This document shows, piece by piece, positions 1 to 8,057 of a stretch of DNA of 64,000 bases. Under the pieces are notes generated by a model. It was not told where the DNA came from. It did not search any database and saw nothing but the letters and a program-made list of their open reading frames with translations. Numbering within the stretch: position 1 is the first letter of the stretch; each line of letters opens with the position of its first letter. The position numbers and the translations under genes are program-made. Source of the stretch: Candidatus Uhrbacteria bacterium (GTDB lineage: Bacteria > Patescibacteriota > Patescibacteriia > UBA9934 > GWF2-40-263); assembly GCA_026395055.1 (NCBI GenBank), contig JAPLZK010000002.1:128154-192153 (forward strand). The letters run 5' to 3'.

Positions 1-1
1 T

Positions 2-703
2 AAAGATGTTTCGTTTCGCTACACAGAAGACAAAGAAGTTTTACACCACATAAATCTCACGCTTGAGAAAGGAAAGACCTATGCCCTTGTTGGGCCAACA
101 GGCGGAGGAAAGACCACAACCGCGTCACTCATGGCGCGATTATATGATCCAACAGATGGAGCCATTTTTTTTGAAGGTCGAGATATTCGCACATTCGATT
201 CGGTTGAGCGCACGCAAAAGATCGGATTCATTTTGCAAGAGCCTATTCTTTTTTCGGGAACGGTTCGAGAAAATATTTTGTACGGGAATGATTCGTACAA
301 AGATTTTTCAAACGAGGATCTCATAAAAGTTTTACATGATGCGGAACTTGAAAGTCTCCTCGTGCGATTCGATGGTGGACTTGAGGCAAAGGTTGCAACC
401 TCTGGGGATTCACTTTCGCTGGGACAAAAACAATTAATCGCGTTCATGCGTGCCGTGCTACGAAATCCCGAGTTGCTCATCCTCGACGAAGCAACCGCGA
501 ACATCGACACAGTTACCGAGCAGTTGCTCGAGGATATTCTGAAGAAACTTCCAAAGGAAACAACGCGTGTGATCATTGCACACCGTTTGAATACCATTGA
601 GAACGCGGACGAGATTTTCTTTGTGAACAACGGGGAGGTGTCGCTTGCAGGTTCCATGGAACACGCAGTGGACATGTTGTTGCATGGGAAGCGGGAAAGT
701 TAA
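2..703 (+). CDS. ABC transporter ATP-binding/permease (MsbA/multidrug exporter type), 5' truncated by window
   Basis: Frame is open from the window start. Walker A GPTGGGKTT lies upstream of the ORF-track start, followed by signature LSLGQKQ, Walker B LILDEAT and H-loop IAHR. Confidence 0.92.
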   Translation, partial: KDVSFRYTEDKEVLHHINLTLEKGKTYALVGPTGGGKTTTASLMARLYDPTDGAIFFEGRDIRTFDSVERTQKIGFILQEPILFSGTVRENILYGNDSYKDFSNEDLIKVLHDAELESLLVRFDGGLEAKVATSGDSLSLGQKQLIAFMRAVLRNPELLILDEATANIDTVTEQLLEDILKKLPKETTRVIIAHRLNTIENADEIFFVNNGEVSLAGSMEHAVDMLLHGKRES

Positions 704-768
704 TTTCGAAATGGATTATAAGCAGGGTGTTCTCACCCTGCTTTTTGGTTACAAAAAACCCGCACATG

Positions 769-1290
769 TTAGGCGGGTTGAGACAGGAAGAACTGTCGGA
801 TGGCTTCCGTGTGGGTCGAGAAACAGGCCTCGACGGCTTCGTAGACGATGACGCGTTCGAGAACTTCGCTGTTTGGGACAAACGGAGCGAGGTCTTTTTC
901 GTGAATGGCGCCCGCGAGGCAGAAGCAGAGCAAGGATCTGTGGCCAGTTGCGCTTTCGTACGGATACGGGCGAAACGGTTCGAGAGTGGTTGGATCCGTG
1001 ATCGCCACACCTTCCTCGTCGAGTTCGCGTGCCGCGCCTGTGCGCCAGTTTTCGATCTCGAGGTAACCACCAGCAAGGGCAATTTCGCCAATACATGGTT
1101 TGATTCCTCGTCGTACGAGTGCGAGACCAACTTTTCCGTCTTTGCGAATAACGGGTTGCAGAACAACCATGACAGGAATGGGATTGTCCCAAAATGGGTT
1201 ACCGCATTCCTGACAGACGCGTGGCCAGGTTTTTGTTTGTGCGAAGGCAACTCCGCAACAGGACGAAAAACGATTGCGTTCATTTGGCAT
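769..1290 (-). CDS. NUDIX hydrolase with N-terminal zinc ribbon (NudC/ADP-ribose pyrophosphatase-like)
   Basis: SSCCG...CQECG zinc ribbon, NPIP motif and Nudix box GGYLEIENWRTGAARELDEEG. Co-oriented downstream of nadA. ATG at 1290 chosen as start. Confidence 0.8.
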   Translation of the reverse strand: MPNERNRFSSCCGVAFAQTKTWPRVCQECGNPFWDNPIPVMVVLQPVIRKDGKVGLALVRRGIKPCIGEIALAGGYLEIENWRTGAARELDEEGVAITDPTTLEPFRPYPYESATGHRSLLCFCLAGAIHEKDLAPFVPNSEVLERVIVYEAVEACFSTHTEAIRQFFLSQPA

Positions 1291-1373
1291 GAGGGATGAT
1301 CTCCTTTGGAACAAATCGTTGAGTTCGTTCAACGATTTGTGAAAAGGGACGAGACATAGTCTCGTCGAGCGTT

Positions 1374-2525
1374 CTAGATTGCAAGCATACGATTGATGCC
1401 GAGTTTCGCTTGAGCCGCAATGGACTTTTGAATGTGCACCTCGCGTTCATTCGAGATTGGATTGCGCGGATCGCAGCAGTCGTCGCAAAGGACGATTTCA
1501 ATGCGATCCTGCTCCAGACTCACAAGCAATTTCTCAAACGAGTTCGCTTTCATGAATTTGCAGACGGCCTGATCACTCACAGGAACGAATTCTTTTTCCG
1601 GCATCGCTTTACGCAACCGGTAAATCATTCCGCTTTCGGTTGCGATGAGAAACCGTTTAGCGGGCGACACGCGCGCACGTTCGAGCATTTGAGATGTAGA
1701 AAGAAAGTAGGCGCGTTCTTTTGGAATCACTCCCGCATTCAATTTCATAAGACACGAGTTTGCACATCCGCATTCCGGATGAATGATGAGTTCTGCGTCC
1801 GGATCATCGTCCATCGCATTTTCAATCACGTGTTCGCCAATCTTCTCATGTACGTAACAGCAGGCGTGAAACCCGTTGAAGGATTCCATGTAGACGTCGA
1901 CGCGCTTCGGATCAACGCCAAATTGATTGGCGGCCTTTGTGCGCATGACGTAGCCCAGGAACTTATCTGGGCACACAAGAATTTGCGAGGTCGGATGTTC
2001 TTTTGCCGCGACCGCGATGACACGATCGGTATTGCCCGACGTGCAAATGTAATCGGAAATGCTTTTGAGGTACGCGTCTGAATTGATGTAGGTGATGACC
2101 ACGCCGTTTGGGTGGAGTCGTTTCCACTTCTCAATCCATGCATGGTTGGTTCCAAAGACGAGCGAACAGCCGAGGGCGTCCGGAGTATCTGGAACAAAGA
2201 CGCGTGTCTTGTCTCCCGAAATGATTTTTGCGGTCGCGCCCATAAAGAACACACTTTGGAAATCGACGCGCGGAGCTTTTCGTCGATCCACTTCACGACT
2301 GAGTTCAAGCGAATCGCCAACAAGGTCGGCGAGCTCATGAAACTCAGGTGGCAGATAATTGTGCGCAGCAATGAACGAGTGCTTCTCCGCTGCACGTGCA
2401 CGAATTTGGATGGCGAGCTCCGCGAGTTCACGACACCGATCGAGGGTGTAGACACCTGGATACAAATCCGAGGCGAATCGAGAAAAGTTGTCGTGGTACT
2501 GACGGGCAAGATCTACTGCATTCAT
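1374..2525 (-). CDS. nadA: Quinolinate synthase A (4Fe-4S)
   Basis: Motifs AHNY...ADLVGDSLELS, FMGATAKI, GCSL, YINS, CYVH, HPEC, STSQM, ATESG and CKFMK (three cluster cysteines). SD AAGGAG upstream. Confidence 0.92.
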   Translation of the reverse strand: MNAVDLARQYHDNFSRFASDLYPGVYTLDRCRELAELAIQIRARAAEKHSFIAAHNYLPPEFHELADLVGDSLELSREVDRRKAPRVDFQSVFFMGATAKIISGDKTRVFVPDTPDALGCSLVFGTNHAWIEKWKRLHPNGVVITYINSDAYLKSISDYICTSGNTDRVIAVAAKEHPTSQILVCPDKFLGYVMRTKAANQFGVDPKRVDVYMESFNGFHACCYVHEKIGEHVIENAMDDDPDAELIIHPECGCANSCLMKLNAGVIPKERAYFLSTSQMLERARVSPAKRFLIATESGMIYRLRKAMPEKEFVPVSDQAVCKFMKANSFEKLLVSLEQDRIEIVLCDDCCDPRNPISNEREVHIQKSIAAQAKLGINRMLAI

Positions 2526-2597
2526 GGAGTCTCCTTCTGGAACAAGACATCGAATGATTCAATGGCTTGGGAAGAAAGGGGAGTCAACGAGAGGGAA

Positions 2598-2626
2598 AAT
2601 GTATCGATAAAAGAGCTTTATGTCAA
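2598..2626 (-). promoter_or_regulatory. Sigma70-type promoter for nadA
   Basis: TTGACA (2626-2621) - 17 nt - TACATT (2603-2598) on the minus strand. Confidence 0.6.
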
Positions 2627-2640
2627 TAAAGGCGGCCATC

Positions 2641-2720
2641 TTAGGGATTAGGGGTAAGGGGCGAGGGGTTCGTAAAGCCAATTGGCTACTAGTCCCTAAA
2701 CCCTAATCCCTTACCCCTCC
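2641..2720. repeat. Inverted heptamer repeat element (AGGGGNN / NNCCCT arms around a GCCAATTGGC core)
   Basis: ttagggattaggggtaaggggcgaggggtt ... gccaattggctactagtccctaaaccctaatcccttacccct. Related copies at 21042, 22749 and 48888. Confidence 0.8.
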
Positions 2721-2725
2721 CACGA

Positions 2726-2754
2726 TTGACAAAATGCCCAAAATCGGGTAGGAT
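2726..2754 (+). promoter_or_regulatory. Sigma70-type promoter for the mqo-like gene
   Basis: TTGACA - 17 nt - TAGGAT; SD AGGAGG precedes ATG 2796. Confidence 0.65.
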
Positions 2755-2795
2755 CCTCCCTCGTCTCAATGTGAAATGGCGAGTAGGAGGAAAGC

Positions 2796-4115
2796 ATGTA
2801 CGACGTAATTGTGATTGGCCACGGTGTTACCGGCGCAGGCTTGGAATGGGTCTTGAGCCGCTATTCGAATGCAACGCGCATTTTGGGTATCGAACGACGC
2901 AAGGGCGCCGGCATGGTGAACTCGAATGTCACAAACAATTCGCAAACGCTTCACAAGGGCGATATCGAAAGCAATTATCCGCTCGATAAAGCTTTGCAAG
3001 TGAAGTGGGGTGCGGATTTGCTCGGCGCGTTCGTTGATCAGAATTTGCCTCACGGCAAGCTTGTCATACCGAAGCAATTGATTGCTGTTGGTGATGAGGT
3101 CGATGAGCTCACGAAACGGTTTCATCAGTTCAAACCGCATTATCCGGACATTCAGTTGTTGGATGGAAACGGCATTGCCGAACTCGAACCGCTTGTGATG
3201 GAGGGGCGCGATCCGAAGCAAAAGATTGCGTCGCTCTACAGTCCTCGCGGTCACGCGGTGAATTACCATCTTCTCGCAGAGAAGTTTGTGGATCTCGCAA
3301 AGGCGAGTGGTAAAGAGATCGATATTCGCTACAACACATCTGTACAACGCATCGAACGTACTGCGCATGGGTTCAATGTTCATGCCGACGGTGTTGTACA
3401 TTCTGCGAAGTTTGTGAGCGTATCGGCCGGCTCTGCAAGCCTGCTCTTTGCTCACGCGCTCGGCTACGAGCTTGACCTCGCGCTTCTCCCCGTTGCCGGA
3501 AGTTTCTACACCAACAAGCGTGTTGGAGGATTGCTTCAGGGCAAAGTCTACACGATGCAGGATCCAAAACTGCCGTTCGCGGCCGTTCACGGAGATCCGG
3601 CTGTGTACAACACGGATGAAACGCGTTTCGGTCCCACGGCTCGTCCACTTCCGCTTCTCGAGCGCGATTCGTGGCGGACGCTCGCGGAATTTCTCGACAT
3701 CGGCACCGTGACCCCGCGTGGGATCTGGAGCCTTCTCAAGATCATCTCGGATCCGACCATTGGATCGTTCGCTCTTTGGAATATGGTGTTCGACATTCCG
3801 TGGATCGGCAAACATGCATTCCTGCGCGACGCGCGTAAGATCGTGCCGAGTCTCGGTATTGATGACATCATGCTCGACAAGGGCGCGGGTGGCGTGCGTG
3901 GTCAGCCGATCAGTTTGAAAACGGGTTCGATCGTAAAAGGTCGCGACCGTTTCATTCCGAAGGATGCGCCGATCGCCTTCACTCTCGCTCCGTCGCCCGG
4001 CGCATCCTATTGCCTTGGCAACGCGGTCGAACTCGCGCGCGCCATGGTCGAACGTGTTCCGGGATTTCAGTTTGATGAGCAACGTCTGCTCGCGGATCTG
4101 AAACTTGACGCGTAA
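2796..4115 (+). CDS. mqo: FAD-dependent oxidoreductase, malate:quinone oxidoreductase (Helicobacter/apicomplexan type) / L-2-hydroxyglutarate oxidase family
   Basis: N-terminal GxGxxG-like FAD site (IGHGVTG), NNSQTLHKGDIESNY, GKVYT.Q..KLPFAAVHGDP, TRFGPTA, GGVRGQ and PSPGAS.CLGNA. Confidence 0.75.
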   Translation: MYDVIVIGHGVTGAGLEWVLSRYSNATRILGIERRKGAGMVNSNVTNNSQTLHKGDIESNYPLDKALQVKWGADLLGAFVDQNLPHGKLVIPKQLIAVGDEVDELTKRFHQFKPHYPDIQLLDGNGIAELEPLVMEGRDPKQKIASLYSPRGHAVNYHLLAEKFVDLAKASGKEIDIRYNTSVQRIERTAHGFNVHADGVVHSAKFVSVSAGSASLLFAHALGYELDLALLPVAGSFYTNKRVGGLLQGKVYTMQDPKLPFAAVHGDPAVYNTDETRFGPTARPLPLLERDSWRTLAEFLDIGTVTPRGIWSLLKIISDPTIGSFALWNMVFDIPWIGKHAFLRDARKIVPSLGIDDIMLDKGAGGVRGQPISLKTGSIVKGRDRFIPKDAPIAFTLAPSPGASYCLGNAVELARAMVERVPGFQFDEQRLLADLKLDA

Positions 4116-4216
4116 GTATTTCTTCTAAGAGTCTCGCTTCGAGTCTCTTTTTTTTATGCATTGACGTGAAGTTTTTTTTGTGAGAATATTTTGTCGCCTC
4201 GTTCTTTGGAGAAGCC

Positions 4217-4816
4217 ATGCTTGATTTGTTGATTGATGCCCATACGCATCCAGACCCTCTTGTCTTTCTGCGCATGTTTCGTGAAGATGAATCGGCGTAT
4301 CAAACCCTTTTGCAGATGTTGCGCTTTGTCCTGCATGAACGTGAGATTCAACCACCGTTTCATGTGGTCGATGTCCTTCATCGTCATCCATTCGTTGGTG
4401 GCGAGCAATTGGTGCCAGGTGGATTTCCTTCGCGCATCAAACGTCCACATCGTGAAGCGCGTCAGGTTGTCCCTGCCGTGTACACGGATTTCGATCCTGA
4501 ACGGGATTTGGAAACGCGTCGCTCTCAACTGTTTGCGATGTTTGAGGAGGATGATGACGTTGAAGATCCGGAAGCACGCTCGTTGCGAAAATCCATGCAT
4601 CAATTTTTCAGCTATGCGTTTTCACGTGGCGACCTGATCGCGTGTCATGAACCCATGCTGTTTGTTTCCGGTGGCGGATTTGCAATGCGTGAAGGAGGAT
4701 TCAGATCGCATCCAAGTGTCAAAAGTATTTTCTTCGTGCCAGATCTTCGCGCACAAGAATCTGGAAAACTCCGCCGTGGTATTAAACGCACACCACAGTT
4801 CTCTCATCCTTGCTGA
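4217..4816 (+). CDS. Hypothetical protein
   Basis: 199-aa ORF with upstream TTGACG promoter, GGAG SD and downstream hairpin/T-run. No recognisable motif. Confidence 0.6.
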   Translation: MLDLLIDAHTHPDPLVFLRMFREDESAYQTLLQMLRFVLHEREIQPPFHVVDVLHRHPFVGGEQLVPGGFPSRIKRPHREARQVVPAVYTDFDPERDLETRRSQLFAMFEEDDDVEDPEARSLRKSMHQFFSYAFSRGDLIACHEPMLFVSGGGFAMREGGFRSHPSVKSIFFVPDLRAQESGKLRRGIKRTPQFSHPC

Positions 4817-4873
4817 CCTCGGTCAGTTTTTTTGTATCAAAAACACGCATCAAGGGATGCGTGTTTTTTTACG

Positions 4874-5092
4874 CTATCTTTTCAGAATGAGTCCAAGATA
4901 AAAGATCCATGTGGCACCAGCGATCAGAAAGAGAAGTGAGCACGCAAGAATCCAAATCAGGAATGCGCCAAGGAACAGGGAAGTGCGGACATGAAATCCA
5001 AACCAGATTCCAAGGAGACAAAGTATACACATGACAAAGCTTCCAAATGCATACTTCCATTTATTTTTTCGCATGTCGTCTGTGATCGGCAT
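4874..5092 (-). CDS. Small hypothetical membrane protein (2 TM)
   Basis: 72-aa hydrophobic ORF starting 2 nt after the hup stop. Confidence 0.5.
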   Translation of the reverse strand: MPITDDMRKNKWKYAFGSFVMCILCLLGIWFGFHVRTSLFLGAFLIWILACSLLFLIAGATWIFYLGLILKR

Positions 5093-5094
5093 AG

Positions 5095-5385
5095 TTAAAC
5101 CGATCGTTTGCCTTTCAAGGTATCTTTCAAGGCTTTTCCCGCTTTAAACTTAGGCACGACAACAGACGGAATGGTGATGGGTTCGCTTGGTTTTTGTGGA
5201 TTCACTCCAATACGTCCTTTGCGTTCGCGCGCAGAGAAGGTGCCGAAACCCGCAATAGTGACTTCGCCACCGCTTGCGAGTTCTCTTGTAACGATCTCTT
5301 CAAAGAGGGCGATGAAATCATCGCCTAATTTTTTAGAGATCTGCAATTTTTCGGCGATGCGTGTCGCCAGTTCTGCTTTGTTCAT
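5095..5385 (-). CDS. hup: DNA-binding protein HU
   Basis: MNKAEL...VTIAGFGTFS.RERKGRIGVNP...VPKFKAGKALK. Confidence 0.95.
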   Translation of the reverse strand: MNKAELATRIAEKLQISKKLGDDFIALFEEIVTRELASGGEVTIAGFGTFSARERKGRIGVNPQKPSEPITIPSVVVPKFKAGKALKDTLKGKRSV

Positions 5386-5406
5386 ATTGCTCTTATTCTA
5401 CACGAT

Positions 5407-6966
5407 TTATCGAGCGTACTCAATGACACGTGTCTCACGAATAATGGTTACTTTGATTTCACCTGGATAGCTTAATTCGGATTCGATCTTGTTTGCGATG
5501 TCTTTTGCAAGTTGGTAGGACGCAAGATCGGTAATTTTTTCTGGATGAATGAAGACGCGAACTTCGCGTCCGGCTTGAATGGCGTAGACTTTTTCGACAC
5601 CTTCAAACGCGCTCGCTGTGCGTTCCAATTCTTCCATGCGCTGAATGAAGTTCTCGAGTGATTGCTTACGAGCACCAGGGCGAGCTCCGCTGATTGCATC
5701 CGCAGCTTTTACGATGGCACCTTCGATGGTGCGAGGTCGATCCTCATGATGAGCGATGGATTGGTAGCAAATTTCTTCTGGGAATCCAAACTTCTTCATG
5801 ATGTTGTATCCAATTTCTGGATGCGCCCCTTGCATGTCGTGATCCACAGCTTTTCCAATATCGTGGAACAATCCACCTTTTTTACAGACGAAGACATCTG
5901 CTCCAAGTTCTTCCGCCATCATTCCAGCCAAGGTTCCAACTTCAATAGAGTGTTGAAGAGCGTTTTGTCCGTAACTTGTACGGAAACGCATGCGACCTAA
6001 AATGGAAATGAGTTTTGGGTCAATAGAGGAAACGGGAATCCCAAGTTGATATAACGCATCTTCTCCATTTTTCTTGAGCTCCTGTGACAAAGATTTTTTT
6101 GCCTCCATGATAGATTCTTCAATACGTGCCGGTTGAATGCGTCCGTCTTTAATGAGGGCATCAAGCGCACGCTTCGCGACTTGTCGGCGAATAGGGGAGA
6201 ATCCACTGATCGTAATAATGTTTGGTGTGTCATCAACAATGATTTCTGTTCCGGTTTGAAGTTCGATGGCTTTAATGTTGCGTCCTTCTTTTCCGATGAT
6301 ACGTCCTTTCATTTCATCATTTGGAAGTTCAACAGCGGTTGTTGTTCCGTCTACGGAGACAGAAGAGGCGAAACGTGTGATGGCGAGCGAAAGAAGTTTG
6401 CGTGCTTTAATTTCGATTTCTTCTTCGGTCATTTCTTCCATTTTTCGCAAACGACTTTGGAGCGCTTCTTGTGAATCTACCTCGATTTGTTTCATGAGGC
6501 GATCTTCTGCTTGTTCCTTTGTAAGCTTGGCGATCTCTTGGAGTTTTTCGTTTTGTTCAAGTTTGATGATTTCGATGTTGAGTTTTACATCTTCAATCTG
6601 TTTCTTTTGATCTTCCAGTTTTGTTTTTTTGTCTTCGATCTCGATCAGTTTTTGATCAAACAGCTCTTCACGTTTTTCCAAGCGCTTTTGTTGTTCCTGA
6701 ACTTCACGACGTCGTGTTTGTTCTTCTTGTTTTGCTTCCTCAATGATTTTGATGGATCGTTCTTTTGCTTCGATCAATACGTCTTGCTGCTTTGCTTTTG
6801 TCTCTGCAAGGATTTCTTGTTGTTTGTTCTTGGCTTCGTTTAGAATTTTTTCTGCGCGATTTTCTGCGTCATCTGCCAGACGAGCCGCTTTTGCTTTGCG
6901 ATACGTATAACCCGCAGCTGCACCACCTCCGAGTCCGACAAGGAGGAGTAGGAATGAAATAAACAT
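5407..6966 (-). CDS. rny: Ribonuclease Y
   Basis: N-terminal TM, coiled coil, KH domain (MKGRIIGKEGRNI) and HD domain (FHDIGKA...ADAISGARPGAR). Start at ATG 6966. Confidence 0.96.
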   Translation of the reverse strand: MFISFLLLLVGLGGGAAAGYTYRKAKAARLADDAENRAEKILNEAKNKQQEILAETKAKQQDVLIEAKERSIKIIEEAKQEEQTRRREVQEQQKRLEKREELFDQKLIEIEDKKTKLEDQKKQIEDVKLNIEIIKLEQNEKLQEIAKLTKEQAEDRLMKQIEVDSQEALQSRLRKMEEMTEEEIEIKARKLLSLAITRFASSVSVDGTTTAVELPNDEMKGRIIGKEGRNIKAIELQTGTEIIVDDTPNIITISGFSPIRRQVAKRALDALIKDGRIQPARIEESIMEAKKSLSQELKKNGEDALYQLGIPVSSIDPKLISILGRMRFRTSYGQNALQHSIEVGTLAGMMAEELGADVFVCKKGGLFHDIGKAVDHDMQGAHPEIGYNIMKKFGFPEEICYQSIAHHEDRPRTIEGAIVKAADAISGARPGARKQSLENFIQRMEELERTASAFEGVEKVYAIQAGREVRVFIHPEKITDLASYQLAKDIANKIESELSYPGEIKVTIIRETRVIEYAR

Positions 6967-6989
6967 AAAATAAAACTTCTCAAATCTTG

Positions 6990-7182
6990 AGAAGTTCAAA
7001 CTGGGCCCCGAGATGGCTCGAGGCAAAAAATTCAATGACGTTTGGAATTATCGCAAAAACAACTTCGTGTGAAGACTGAAGTCTCTGGAGCTCTCCCCTG
7101 CCTGAGGGGAGAGGAGGAGAGGGGTGGGAGGCAAATTGTTTGTGATAGAAAAATCCATATTCATCGAACAGCCTGAACTTCT
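6990..7182 (-). ncRNA. Candidate ~190-nt rod-like structured RNA upstream of rny (6S RNA-like or attenuating leader)
   Basis: 14-bp closing stem 7182-7169/7003-6990 and nested stems 7168-7161/7038-7031 and 7147-7136/7062-7049. G-U pairs in the outer stems fit the minus strand. Confidence 0.45.
7091..7126. repeat. REP-like palindrome (CCCCTCC..GGAGGGG family), intergenic copy
   Basis: ctctcccct-gcctg-aggggagag followed by a G-rich tail. Confidence 0.7.
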
Positions 7183-7233
7183 GAAGAACTTTTTTCTCAA
7201 GAATTACACAAAAAGAGTACCAAAAAGCCGTTC

Positions 7234-7956
7234 TTACGTCAAACGGCTTAAAAATGATTCTATTTGGATGAGGTGAGATTCGATGTTTGCAGGGTCGAGC
7301 TTGTCGAAGGTGAAAGCCTCTTCGATCTTGAATGGTCCGATCAGTGTCCGTCGAAGTTCAGAAACGTACCCACCAACCCCGAGTTTCGCCCCGAGATCCC
7401 GAGCGATCGAACGAATATAGGTCCCGGAAGAGCAGTGAATGCGGAGGCTTACTTCCCGCAATGCCCCTCCTGCAAAGGAAGGGTTGGGGGAGGTTTCGAG
7501 CGCATCAATCGAATAAATGGTCACTCTGCGTGGTTCCACGAGTGTTGGGGTTCCAGCACGAGCAAGTTCATAAAGCTTTTTTCCCTGGACTTTGATGGCT
7601 GCATACGTCGGCGGAACTTGGTCGATTTCGCCTATAAAAGTTTTCAGAGTTTCGTCGATTTGCTCTTTTGTCAGGTTTTCCGTCGAAACAGGCTCTGAAA
7701 TCTCACCCTTTATGTCGTCTGTGGTAGATGTGGCCCCCAAAACAAACGTCGCTTCATACCATTTATCGAGACCAACGAATTTTTGAAGCTCGCGGGTGCA
7801 TTCTCTGGAAACCGCAACCAAAAGCAACCCGGTCGCAAATGGGTCAAGCGTACCGGCATGGCCAATACGTTTTTCCTCCGTTAAACGGCGAAGTCGTGCC
7901 ACGACGTCAAAGGAGGTAATTCCTTCAGGTTTGTCGATAAGAATGAAACCTTTCAT
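7234..7956 (-). CDS. truB: tRNA pseudouridine(55) synthase
   Basis: IDKPEGITSFDVV, GHAGTLDPFATGLL, QVPP.YAAIK..GK.LYELARAG and CSSGTYIRS. Confidence 0.96.
   Translation of the reverse strand: MKGFILIDKPEGITSFDVVARLRRLTEEKRIGHAGTLDPFATGLLLVAVSRECTRELQKFVGLDKWYEATFVLGATSTTDDIKGEISEPVSTENLTKEQIDETLKTFIGEIDQVPPTYAAIKVQGKKLYELARAGTPTLVEPRRVTIYSIDALETSPNPSFAGGALREVSLRIHCSSGTYIRSIARDLGAKLGVGGYVSELRRTLIGPFKIEEAFTFDKLDPANIESHLIQIESFLSRLT
7464..7493. repeat. REP-like palindrome inserted in frame in truB
   Basis: cccctcctgcaaaggaagggttgggggagg, read as TSPNPSFAGG in TruB. Confidence 0.7.
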
Positions 7957-8057
7957 AGATATTCGAATCATACGTGATGGATGATGGATTGACAAAAAGG
8001 TTCGACACGCATTTTCATTGACCAAACAAGCTTTTTCTTTTATACTCGCACCAACCT

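Noticed and set aside
2526-2795. NrtR operator upstream of nadA
   Set aside because: No palindrome with the GTGT-N7-ACAC pattern of the two sites at 40818 and 41580 was found by eye.
2766-4082. 438-aa antisense ORF opposite the mqo-like gene (similarly 31608-32702 and 39715-40677 opposite nadE and pncA)
   Set aside because: These fully overlap well-supported genes on the other strand and have no recognisable protein features.
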